A DNA stretch of 32,000 bases from Promethearchaeum syntrophicum (lineage in GTDB: Archaea; Asgardarchaeota; Lokiarchaeia; Sigyniarchaeales; Promethearchaeaceae): the NCBI RefSeq assembly GCF_008000775.2, contig NZ_CP042905.2, forward strand, positions 60,001 to 92,000, given 5' to 3'. Under the pieces are notes generated by a model. It was not told where the DNA came from. It ran no database searches and saw only the letters and a list, made by a program, of their open reading frames with translations. Within the stretch, counting starts at the first letter, position 1; every line of letters begins with the position of its first letter. Both the position numbers and the translations under genes were made by a program. Below are positions 8,353 through 16,851 of this stretch, piece by piece.

Positions 8353-9363
8353 ATGCGGTCAAATTTTTTACAAAGTTTATATTGTCAAATGGTTCAAAAT
8401 CATTTATCAATGGAAGCTTCCAATAAAAAAAACTGTTTTTGTGAATCATTACATAATTGCCCAGAATGTAGATCTGAATCAATTTTTAAAGATTCCTTAA
8501 GAGGAGAATATATTTGTACAAATTGTGGATTAATTTTAGAATCAAATACAATTGATCACCGAGCAGAATGGAGAACATTTGATTCACGCGATTACGAAAA
8601 AAAATCACGTGTTGGAGCTCCTTTTACTTTGACAATACATGATAAAGGGCTTTCCACAATTATTGATTGGAGAGATAGAGATGGTTTAGGAAAAAAGTTA
8701 TCTCCTGTTAAGCGAGCTCAAGCTTATCGTTTACGGAAATGGCAAATTCGAATGCGAATTCACTCAGCTATAGATAGAAACTTATCTTTCGCTATGAGTG
8801 AGTTAGATAGATTAGCTTCACAATTAGGAATTCAAAAAACGCTGAAAGAAACATCTGCATTAATTTACAGAAAAACAATAAATAAAAATTTGATACGTGG
8901 GCGATCTATAGAAGCAATGATGGCTGCATCAATTTATGCTGCATGCAGATTAGCTCAAATTCCTAGGACTTTGGATGAATTTGCAAAAAATTCTCGAATT
9001 GAAAAAAAAGAATTAGGGAAATCATACAGATTAATTCTGCGCCAACTAAATTTAAAAATTACCTCGATAAATCCAAACCGTTTTGTCTCACGATTTGCTA
9101 ACGATCTAGAGATATCACAACAATCTCAACTTAAAGCTATTAAAATATTAAATGGTGCTCGAAGAATTGGGATAACTAGTGGTAAAGATCCATGTGGATT
9201 GGCTGCTGCATCAATTTATGTTGCAGTTTTAAGCAATGGAGAACGAAAAACACAAAAAGAAATTGCTCGAGTTGCTAATATAACTGAGGTTACGGTTAGA
9301 AATAGATATAAAGAATTAATAGGTAAATTGAATTTAAAAATTGAACCCTTAATTACTAATTAA
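8353..9363 (+). CDS. tfb: Transcription initiation factor IIB (TFB)
   Basis: Zn-ribbon CPECRSE...YICTNCGLIL, then IDHRAEWRTFD, then two cyclin-fold repeats (GRS.EAMMAASIYAACR and GKDPCGLAAASIYVA) and ITEVTVRNRYKEL. The true start is probably the ATG at 8410. Confidence 0.95.
   Translation: MRSNFLQSLYCQMVQNHLSMEASNKKNCFCESLHNCPECRSESIFKDSLRGEYICTNCGLILESNTIDHRAEWRTFDSRDYEKKSRVGAPFTLTIHDKGLSTIIDWRDRDGLGKKLSPVKRAQAYRLRKWQIRMRIHSAIDRNLSFAMSELDRLASQLGIQKTLKETSALIYRKTINKNLIRGRSIEAMMAASIYAACRLAQIPRTLDEFAKNSRIEKKELGKSYRLILRQLNLKITSINPNRFVSRFANDLEISQQSQLKAIKILNGARRIGITSGKDPCGLAAASIYVAVLSNGERKTQKEIARVANITEVTVRNRYKELIGKLNLKIEPLITN
8376..8383 (+). promoter_or_regulatory. Candidate TATA box for tfb, implying a leaderless mRNA that starts at the ATG at 8410
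   Basis: TTTATATT lies about 27 nt upstream of the in-frame ATG at 8410 (MEASNKK...). This is the usual archaeal TATA-to-start spacing. Confidence 0.35.
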
Positions 9364-9401
9364 TCTAAAAGCAAATAAAAATTCCGTTCGAATTAAAACC
9401 C

Positions 9402-9545
9402 TTAAATCGCTTTAACTTTTTTTATTACTGGTGGTCTCTTCTTATACAATATACGATGGCCACATGCAGGGCATTTTATTCCAGGTAATTGGTTTAAACT
9501 CTCTTGAGTTATTAATGTTTTACACTTTGCGCAAACATATTCCAT
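9402..9545 (-). CDS. rpoP: DNA-directed RNA polymerase subunit P (RpoP/Rpb12 homolog), 47 aa; below the ORF-track cutoff
   Basis: Manual reverse-strand translation gives MEYVCAKCKTLITQESLNQLPGIKCPACGHRILYKKRPPVIKKVKAI followed by stop. The YxCxxC...CPxCGxRILYK Zn-ribbon is the RpoP signature. Confidence 0.75.
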   Translation of the reverse strand: MEYVCAKCKTLITQESLNQLPGIKCPACGHRILYKKRPPVIKKVKAI

Positions 9546-9597
9546 AAAATATGAAGTATACCATTTTGTTTAAATTTTTCGCTTTAAAAAAGTTGAT

Positions 9598-10056
9598 TTA
9601 ATTAATGAGCAAAACTTTTGTAAAGAAATCAGGTTCTTTAATTATTTTGCTTAGAATTTTATTATATTCAAGAGTGGCTGAGTTCTCATTTTTTTTTGGA
9701 TCATAAGGCCACTCACCTAAGATGATAAAACCATTTGATTTATGGTTTGCAATTAAAATACCTTTTTTTTTGATTTTGTCATTACTTCCTGTAAATGTTA
9801 ATAAAAGTACATAAAATTGAATTATATCTTTTTTTGAGGCATTTCCAAGAGGTAGAATCTCTTTTATATTTGCAAAAGAATATACTTTCTTCTTTCGGGC
9901 TAATTCATTATATTCCAAAAGAAACGAAGGAAAAGCATCTAAATTATTTTGTTCTTGCGTAAATTTAAAAAACGTTAAGCTAATATTTTCAGAATTTTCG
10001 TCTGATACTCCTTGAAAATACACTTTATATATAGTGTTCTGCTCTGGAACTTTCAT
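9598..10056 (-). CDS. Hypothetical protein
   Basis: 152-aa ORF packed between rpoP and aIF1 on the same strand. No motif recognised. Confidence 0.45.
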   Translation of the reverse strand: MKVPEQNTIYKVYFQGVSDENSENISLTFFKFTQEQNNLDAFPSFLLEYNELARKKKVYSFANIKEILPLGNASKKDIIQFYVLLLTFTGSNDKIKKKGILIANHKSNGFIILGEWPYDPKKNENSATLEYNKILSKIIKEPDFFTKVLLIN

Positions 10057-10078
10057 AAAAAAACAACTCTTAGATTTT

Positions 10079-10441
10079 TTAAATAATTTCTATATTCTCA
10101 TCAGTATATCCAAGATTTAACAAAAATTTTTTTAATTTTCGCCTATGATCTCCTTGGATTTCAATGGTATTTCCTTTAACTGTTCCACCACTAGCACAAT
10201 AGCCTTTTGCCTGCTTACAGATCTTTTTAAGATTAGCTCCTGAAAAATTCGCGAAGTTAATCACACTCATTGCACGCCCCCACTTACGTTTATCAATAAA
10301 AATAGTAATAGTTTGCTCTTCTTGTTGAAGTGATTCACAGACACAGAGTTCTATGGGCAAACTACATTTGGGGCAGATTCCGATTAATTCTTTTTTAGCC
10401 AAGTAAAATTTCTTCTCCATAATTTTATACGTTTTTGTCAA
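10079..10441 (-). CDS. sui1: Translation initiation factor aIF1 (SUI1/eIF1 family)
   Basis: CPKCSLPIELCVCE Zn knuckle, then EEQTITIFIDKRKWGRAMSVI and GGTVKGNTIEIQGDHRRKLKKFL, the SUI1 core. The listed start is TTG; the ATG at 10420 is an alternative. Confidence 0.85.
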   Translation of the reverse strand: MTKTYKIMEKKFYLAKKELIGICPKCSLPIELCVCESLQQEEQTITIFIDKRKWGRAMSVINFANFSGANLKKICKQAKGYCASGGTVKGNTIEIQGDHRRKLKKFLLNLGYTDENIEII

Positions 10442-10550
10442 GGGACTTTCAATTTAGGTAATTGCCAATTCCTCTTCAATATTAATTATTTAAAGTTTAA
10501 AATTTTTAAAATTAGCTATATTTTTTAAAAAATCGTAGTAATTTAGAATT

Positions 10551-11816
10551 GTGAAAAAAATAATTCGTGGATCCACAATTAAAATAAATGATCCAATTCA
10601 CGGATTCATGGTCTTACCTGATTTTATAACGGAAATTGTCGATTCAAGGGAAATTCAACGGTTAATGAGGATTAGGCAACTTTCTGGTGCATCTCATGTG
10701 TATCCAGGAGCGAATCACACTCGTTTTGAGCATAGTTTAGGTGTAGCTTATTTAGCAAAAAGATTGTCAGAAAATTTACGAGATTTACAAGGAGTTGATA
10801 TCTCTGATGATGATATTAATGATTGCGTAGTTGCTGCATTGTGTCATGATATTGGACATGGTCCATTTTCTCATAATTTTGAGAGTCTTTTAATAAAACA
10901 CAACAATAAAGATCATGAAGATTACACTGAATGGTTAATCAAAAAATCAGAAATTGGAGAAAAAATAGAAGAATTCAGTTTTGATAAAAATTATATTTCA
11001 GATATTGCGACAGGTAAAATTATCGGAAAGGCAAACGAAAAGGGATATTTACTAAGTCAGATGATTACAAGTGCAGTTAATGTGGATTCAATGGATTATT
11101 TGATGAGAGATAATTATCATTGCGGAACTGAGAAAGCAACTGTAGATATTAATCGATTATTACTCTCTATGGATGAAATTGATGGTTTTTTAGGGGTTAA
11201 TATAAAGGCTCTAATTTCATTAGAAGGATTTTTATTATCTCGTATCAGTTCTTTCCGGACGATATACTTTCATAAAACTTGTAGATCAGTTCAAATGATG
11301 TTAGAAGAAGCAATGAAAAGTGTCGTTAATGAGATTGGATTTCTAAATTATTCAACTCCCGAAGATTTTCTTAAATGGGACGATTATGTCCTATGGACAG
11401 ATTTGATAAGAAATCCGATTTCTGCTATTTGGATGGAAAAAATTCAAAAAAGGGAATTACTAAAATCTTGTTTCGAATCCCAAATTCAAATATCAAATGA
11501 AAATATTGATGTTAGTGAGTTAAGGGAGAAAATATCTAGAAAAACGGGAATAAATGCTGCTGATATCTTTATTGATTTACCCAGTAGTCCAAATGTTCCA
11601 TATTCGCACACAGATCAAACACGACCGAATGAAATATATACATTTGAAAGGTTAGCAAATGGTAAAAAACAACCAGTACACCTAGAGGATCATTCAATTT
11701 TCTTCAATAATTTTAAAGGTTCTTTAAAAATTCTCAGAATATACACATGGCCGAAAAATCGGAAAAAAGTAGCTGATATTGCAAGTAGTCTATACGATAC
11801 GATATTGAAATACTAA
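10551..11816 (+). CDS. HD-domain phosphohydrolase, SAMHD1/dNTP-triphosphohydrolase-like (COG1078 type)
   Basis: RLMRIRQL..ASHVYPGANHTRFEHSLGVAYLA and ALCHDIGHGPFSH, with a later DSMDYLMRD motif. GTG start. Confidence 0.8.
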   Translation: MKKIIRGSTIKINDPIHGFMVLPDFITEIVDSREIQRLMRIRQLSGASHVYPGANHTRFEHSLGVAYLAKRLSENLRDLQGVDISDDDINDCVVAALCHDIGHGPFSHNFESLLIKHNNKDHEDYTEWLIKKSEIGEKIEEFSFDKNYISDIATGKIIGKANEKGYLLSQMITSAVNVDSMDYLMRDNYHCGTEKATVDINRLLLSMDEIDGFLGVNIKALISLEGFLLSRISSFRTIYFHKTCRSVQMMLEEAMKSVVNEIGFLNYSTPEDFLKWDDYVLWTDLIRNPISAIWMEKIQKRELLKSCFESQIQISNENIDVSELREKISRKTGINAADIFIDLPSSPNVPYSHTDQTRPNEIYTFERLANGKKQPVHLEDHSIFFNNFKGSLKILRIYTWPKNRKKVADIASSLYDTILKY

Positions 11817-11849
11817 AATTTTTTACTTTTCGAAGTTTTCTTTGAGTGA

Positions 11850-14003
11850 ATGTCAATGAATAAACTTGCTCCTCAAGGATTAAAAAAAAAAAAAAGAGGA
11901 ATGAAAGTACCCTATTTAGGAAGAATTAGCTTATTTTGGTGTGATGATTGTAATGTCCCCCTATTAGATGACAATCATTGCGATATTTGTAAGAAAAAAG
12001 GTCATAAACTACCTGTTTCTCCACCAGGAGATATTAGACCAGCCTTTGCAGATGATTATATAACATTATGGAAGTGCGTTGATAAGCAATATGGAGAAGG
12101 TGTGGGAGAAACACTTCTTCCTACTTCCAAAATAGTACTCATTAGTAGAATTGGAGGTCTGGATAGAACCGAAGAGGTTATTGTGGATGGAAAAATTTTA
12201 GGAATACTCCAATTTAATATTCTACTAAATGATTTTGAATTCTTACCTAAATTGGAGGGTGGAATCCTTATCTACAAAATTCAAGAAGCGCTCACACTAT
12301 CTCCGAAAAAACATATAAATCTGAATAACGATGGAATTCCCTTTGTATTAAATGGCAAATCTATTTTAGTTCCAGGGGTAGAGAGTTTTTCAGAGGATAT
12401 TAATAAAGGTGATCATTGTTTAATTATCGCTAAAGATAATCAATCAGGAAAATCTCAATGTATTGCAATCGGTTTAGCACGGGATAGCTCTAGTAATTTT
12501 CATGAAATGTTTAAAAATAAATACGGTGAATTGGCAAAAAATAAGACTTATATCAAACAACCCCCCATAATCGAGATCAAACATATAGAAATTGACATAA
12601 ATCAGAAAAAATATAATTCTGATGATGATTTTGAGCAAATTAATAAGTCGATTTTAATAAGTTTAAAAAACGCGTATAAAGCAAATTATCAATATTTACA
12701 AAGAAGAATAAAAAAGTCATTAAAATTCATCAGAAAAACTATAGCAGACATTAAAAAACCCGTTGCAGTGGCATATTCTGGAGGAAAAGATAGTCTAGGA
12801 GTTTTACTATTAGTTTGGAAAGTTTTGGGTCCAAATTTTAAAATATTTTTTGCTGATACAGGATTGGAACTCCCCGAAGTTTTAGATAATGTTCAACAGA
12901 TTGCCAAAGATCTTAAAATGGAATCAAATTTAATTATTGAAAGTGCTAATGATATTTTTTGGAAATTAATTGAATCATTTGGACCTCCGGGACGAGATTA
13001 CAGATTCTGTTGCCATTCTTTAAAAGCCCAAAACATCATGAAAATAATAAATACCATCTATGATGGCGAAAAGGTACTTGTTTTTCTTGGAGCTCGACAA
13101 TATGAATCATTAAATAGGATGAGATCGAAACTCGTTTATGTTAATTCGTTTATACCACTTCAAATCGCAGCAACCCCAATTAAATCTTGGAATGCTCTAA
13201 CTTTATGGTTGTACATTCTATTTGAACCAGTGAAAGATTTTGAAAGCGAGAATTTATTGGAAGTATCTATAACACCACTTTATTATGAGGGTCATGAACG
13301 TCTTGGTTGCTATTTATGCCCGGCAAGTAATCTTTCAAATTTCAAATTACTTAAAACTTCACATCCCAAATTATATGAACGATGGTTTTCCTTTCTGGAT
13401 ACATACGCTCAGAAACACAATTTACCAAAAGAATGGGTTCAATATGGACTATGGCGTTTTAAACAATATACTCCACAATGGAAGAATTTTGCAGATTCAT
13501 TAAATTTATCAATTGATTATAATTCCCCAGATTCATCTGCACCGCTAAGTTTGAATATTGCAAAAGGATTTTCTCAAAATATTGATGCAGATTTTTCAAT
13601 CAAAGGAAAATTTTCGCACACGCTTAAAATAGACGATTTTCTAAGGTTTTTACCTGCGTTAACTAATGATTTCCACTGGGATGAGTTCAATGGAATAATT
13701 GAAATTAATTCTAAATTTAAAAACATACCTTACGCACTAAAAATATTCATTGATGGTTCGTTTAATCTTAATAGTAAAGAAAAAGAGTTTGATTTTTATA
13801 AATTGACTGAATTATTAACGGGAACGGTTTCGCGATCTCTATATTGCAACAGTTGTAAAACTTGTATCAATGTCTGCACGCAAAATGCCATCAGATTAGA
13901 AATGGGAAAAATTCTCATAGATAATGATAAGTGCATTAACTGTTATGATTGTATCACCCATTGTCCCTTTTTTCAACTGGCAAAAAAAGCATTAAAAACG
14001 TGA
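11850..14003 (+). CDS. Multidomain protein: N-terminal Zn-ribbon, a PUA-like region, a PAPS-reductase/PP-loop ATP pyrophosphatase domain and a C-terminal 2x[4Fe-4S] ferredoxin-like domain
   Basis: CDDCNVP...CDICKKKG ribbon. PP-loop VAVAYSGGKDSLGV. Downstream CYLCP. C-terminal CNSCKTCINVC and CINCYDCITHCP clusters. Confidence 0.7.
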   Translation: MSMNKLAPQGLKKKKRGMKVPYLGRISLFWCDDCNVPLLDDNHCDICKKKGHKLPVSPPGDIRPAFADDYITLWKCVDKQYGEGVGETLLPTSKIVLISRIGGLDRTEEVIVDGKILGILQFNILLNDFEFLPKLEGGILIYKIQEALTLSPKKHINLNNDGIPFVLNGKSILVPGVESFSEDINKGDHCLIIAKDNQSGKSQCIAIGLARDSSSNFHEMFKNKYGELAKNKTYIKQPPIIEIKHIEIDINQKKYNSDDDFEQINKSILISLKNAYKANYQYLQRRIKKSLKFIRKTIADIKKPVAVAYSGGKDSLGVLLLVWKVLGPNFKIFFADTGLELPEVLDNVQQIAKDLKMESNLIIESANDIFWKLIESFGPPGRDYRFCCHSLKAQNIMKIINTIYDGEKVLVFLGARQYESLNRMRSKLVYVNSFIPLQIAATPIKSWNALTLWLYILFEPVKDFESENLLEVSITPLYYEGHERLGCYLCPASNLSNFKLLKTSHPKLYERWFSFLDTYAQKHNLPKEWVQYGLWRFKQYTPQWKNFADSLNLSIDYNSPDSSAPLSLNIAKGFSQNIDADFSIKGKFSHTLKIDDFLRFLPALTNDFHWDEFNGIIEINSKFKNIPYALKIFIDGSFNLNSKEKEFDFYKLTELLTGTVSRSLYCNSCKTCINVCTQNAIRLEMGKILIDNDKCINCYDCITHCPFFQLAKKALKT

Positions 14004-14160
14004 ATATTTAGAAATCAATTTTTTTTCACATAATCGAAGCAGAAAAATCTCTATTTCTCTCTAAAAGGAACAAGAAAAAAAAATAATATAGGGAGCAAAC
14101 GTTTTATTTTAGTGTACCGAAAAAAATAATCTTATTATAACGGAAATGTGAGAACTTAAA

Positions 14161-14688
14161 TTGTCAACTAACTGGATATTCAAAACAATCGTTGCCGGTG
14201 CCGGCGGTGTAGGGAAGACTGCCTTAATTGAACGATATGTCTCAGGTGCTTTTCTAGAAGACCACAAGATGACGATAGGGGCAGCTTTTTCTGTTAAAGA
14301 TGTAAAATTAGATACTGGAGAAAATGTGCGCATGCAACTCTGGGACTTTGCAGGAGAAGAAAGATTTCGGTTTTTACTCGGAGATTATTGTAAAGGGGCT
14401 TCCGGTGCTTTTATTTGTTTCGATATAACGGATTATTCAACATTTGAACAAATACCTGAATGGTTAAGGATTATTCGTCAAAATGCGGGTATGATTCCTA
14501 TTATATTAGTAGGAAATAAATATGATTTGGATAACCATGAATTAGAATTAGCCACAGCAGATGAATACGCTGAAAGTGCCAAATGTTTGATGAATGTGTT
14601 TTGTTCTGCAAAGTTGGACTTAAATGTAGAACCTATGTTTGCTGCAATGGCAAAATGGTTAATATATTATGCAAATTTAGCGGATTAA
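14161..14688 (+). CDS. Rab/Ras-like small GTPase
   Basis: G1 GAGGVGKT, switch I TIG, G3 WDFAGEERF (compare WDTAGQERF), G4 GNKYD, G5 CSAK. TTG start. There is no C-terminal Cys lipidation motif (it ends YYANLAD). Confidence 0.85.
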   Translation: MSTNWIFKTIVAGAGGVGKTALIERYVSGAFLEDHKMTIGAAFSVKDVKLDTGENVRMQLWDFAGEERFRFLLGDYCKGASGAFICFDITDYSTFEQIPEWLRIIRQNAGMIPIILVGNKYDLDNHELELATADEYAESAKCLMNVFCSAKLDLNVEPMFAAMAKWLIYYANLAD

Positions 14689-14700
14689 ATGATTTTTTAT

Positions 14701-15087
14701 TTAACTTGATTTTTCTATATCTTTGATTGCATTTTTTACAGCTTCTAACGCTAATTTCATAAGAATTTCTTGTTTTAATTCCTTCTCTTTTATAAAAACC
14801 ATCGAAATAACAGGAGATTTAAGCATTTTACTTGAAGTTTTTCCAATCATATTTGAGAGGAGAGGATTTCTTAGACCAAACAAATTAAAAGGTGAACTGG
14901 ATGCTTGACCAATTCCTGTTGGAGGTCCACTCAAAGTTACATTTCCGATACCAAATTCCTTTTGATCTGTTACTAATAACAAATAACTTTTATGTAAAGA
15001 AATGAATGATGCATATACGTAAAATTCACCATAATTGGCTTGTCCTTCTCCACAAACGTTTACTGCTGGCATATAATTTACCTTCAT
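14701..15087 (-). CDS. Hypothetical protein, possibly a PAC3/PSMG3-like proteasome assembly chaperone fold
   Basis: 128 aa. The pattern YASFISLHKSYLLLVTDQKEFGIGNVTL...LFGLRNPLLSNMIGK...VISMVFIKEKELKQEILMKLALEAVKNAI is reminiscent, from memory, of PSMG3-type chaperones. Weak call. Confidence 0.25.
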   Translation of the reverse strand: MKVNYMPAVNVCGEGQANYGEFYVYASFISLHKSYLLLVTDQKEFGIGNVTLSGPPTGIGQASSSPFNLFGLRNPLLSNMIGKTSSKMLKSPVISMVFIKEKELKQEILMKLALEAVKNAIKDIEKSS

Positions 15088-15225
15088 ATAATTTGATTTA
15101 ATTGGATTTTATTTCCAATATTTGAGGTCATTATTTGAATGATAAATTTAAAGCTTAATTGTTTTTCGAAATTGAATTCAAAGCATGAGCGAAATTTCAA
15201 ATAAGATCCTAGTTTTACTTCCTCA

Positions 15226-15477
15226 ATGCCCGAAATAAAAGGTAAAACTTGGAAAGATTCATTAAAAACTAGAAAATATGAAGAACATAAACATTGTATA
15301 GTATGCGGTAAAGCAGTTCCAACAACCCAAGATTTTTGTAGCCAAGAATGTAAAGATAGTTATAAAAAAGCAGATAAAGATAAAGGTAAGAAAAATACTA
15401 TTCAAATTGTTGTTATGGTTGTATTAGTTATTGTAATGATTTTTGTTGTTCCAAGATTAATGACCCCTACTGGCTAA
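15226..15477 (+). CDS. Small Zn-ribbon protein (DUF2116-like) with a C-terminal TM helix
   Basis: HKHCIVCGKAVPTTQDFCSQEC, then a lysine-rich linker, then IQIVVMVVLVIVMIFVV. Confidence 0.6.
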   Translation: MPEIKGKTWKDSLKTRKYEEHKHCIVCGKAVPTTQDFCSQECKDSYKKADKDKGKKNTIQIVVMVVLVIVMIFVVPRLMTPTG

Positions 15478-15502
15478 ATAACAAAAGCTTAATTGATCTG
15501 AA

Positions 15503-15844
15503 ATGGATTCAGTTAAAAAGAAGACTAAAAACTATTATTTAACACGAATTTTTGGTAATTCAGTGAATGTTAAAATTATTGAAATCCTCCTAAAAAATGC
15601 CATTTCAGAGCAAAAATTGGGGAAAATTCTTTGGTACAACTATTCAAATATAGCAGATCAAGCGAAAGTTTCGAAAAGTAGTGGAAAAAGGATCTTAGAT
15701 GATTTAATTGAGCAGGGTTTTGTTGAAGAAAAAAAAATTGAAACGCATGCCCAATTTCCACCAAGGTTAGTGCGATTGCAAAGTTATCATCCTGCAATTA
15801 ATGAATTGCTATTTTTTTATAAAAAAGCGCGCGGATTTTTATAG
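15503..15844 (+). CDS. Winged-helix DNA-binding protein (putative transcriptional regulator)
   Basis: 113 aa. NVKIIEILLKN...YSNIADQAKVSKSSGKRILDDLIEQGFVEEKK is a typical wHTH recognition helix plus wing. Confidence 0.55.
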   Translation: MDSVKKKTKNYYLTRIFGNSVNVKIIEILLKNAISEQKLGKILWYNYSNIADQAKVSKSSGKRILDDLIEQGFVEEKKIETHAQFPPRLVRLQSYHPAINELLFFYKKARGFL

Positions 15845-15892
15845 AGAGATTATTATTTCTTTTTCCTTGAGATTTTGCTATAATATAATAAA

Positions 15893-16025
15893 TGCAGGGA
15901 GTGCGATTCGAACGCACGTATCCCTGTGGAACCGGATCTTGAGTCCGGCGCCGTTAGTCCTCCGAAAAGAAATAAGCGCCTATAATGGTTCTTTTTAGGG
16001 GTTGACCAGGCTTGGCTATCCCTGC
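15893..16025 (-). tRNA. tRNA-Leu(CAA), class II, interrupted by a 48-nt intron in the D-loop
   Basis: The reverse strand has acceptor GCAGGGA/TCCCTGC plus discriminator A. D arm is GCC-AAGCCTGGTCAAC-[48 nt]-GGC. Anticodon arm is CCGGA-CTCAAGA-TCCGG (anticodon CAA). Long variable arm is TTCCACAGGGATAC. T arm is GTGCG-TTCGAAT-CGCAC. The mature length would be 85 nt. Confidence 0.85.
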
Positions 16026-16084
16026 ATAATAAAAATGAAATTAATATTCAAAAAAAAGTTCGATTATTTTTAGGTTTTGCGGAT

Positions 16085-16801
16085 TTAATGATTTCGTAAA
16101 ATTTTCGTTCCTATATTACTTTTAAAGGCTTTTTCAACCAATAATTTACGTAAAGTGTCAAAATCTTCTCCATTACTTAAACGAACTTGAATATGACTTC
16201 GCTTCAAAATTTGAAGTGACACTGCGTCAAAAATTCTGTATTCTCCAGCTGCTGATTGTGAATTCCCGGTTTCACCGTAAATCACCTTTTCTAAATCGAT
16301 AATTGAGATTTCATCAAATTTTTTGGCTTTTGGATTTTTATGGGGATCCTTATCGTAAATGCCGTCAACATCTGTTAGAATAATCACATCAGTCGCGTGT
16401 AAAGATTCTGCAATTTCAAAAGTTACAGATGTTGTGCTTTGGCCCGGAATAAAACCTCCCGCTACTAAAATTCGATCCCATAGAGAAAATGCTCTCACTT
16501 CTTTAAGGGAAGTAATAGGATCTGGGTAAGCTTGATCTTTTAGAGCGGTAATCAATAGTCGCGCATTAAGTCGGGAAACTTCAATTCCAAATGTATCACA
16601 AAGAGATTCATCAGCACCAAGAAGTCTAGCGGATTTAATGAAATTTCGAGCCAATTTTCCTCCACCAATAATAATTGCCGCGATATCTTCTGAATCCTTA
16701 ATAATTTCTGCAAATTGAACTATCTTTTCATGTAAGATATTATAATCATTATCGAAAAGGAGAGACCCTCCAATTTTTAAAACCATCTTTTTTTTTGACA
16801 T
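16085..16801 (-). CDS. pyrH: Uridylate (UMP) kinase, archaeal type
   Basis: The amino-acid-kinase fold motifs KIGGSLL, IIGGGKLAR, RLNARLLITAL, VAGGFIPGQSTTSV and ILTDVDGIYDKDP..NP.AKK align closely with archaeal PyrH as I recall it. Confidence 0.85.
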   Translation of the reverse strand: MSKKKMVLKIGGSLLFDNDYNILHEKIVQFAEIIKDSEDIAAIIIGGGKLARNFIKSARLLGADESLCDTFGIEVSRLNARLLITALKDQAYPDPITSLKEVRAFSLWDRILVAGGFIPGQSTTSVTFEIAESLHATDVIILTDVDGIYDKDPHKNPKAKKFDEISIIDLEKVIYGETGNSQSAAGEYRIFDAVSLQILKRSHIQVRLSNGEDFDTLRKLLVEKAFKSNIGTKILRNH

Positions 16802-16851
16802 AATTTTTTCCTCAGAATTAATTATTATTTATTCCTATTATTTTTAACAGC

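Noticed and set aside
15801-15998. 65-aa forward ORF
   Set aside because: It overlaps the reverse-strand intron-containing tRNA-Leu(CAA) and the end of the wHTH gene. No coding signal.
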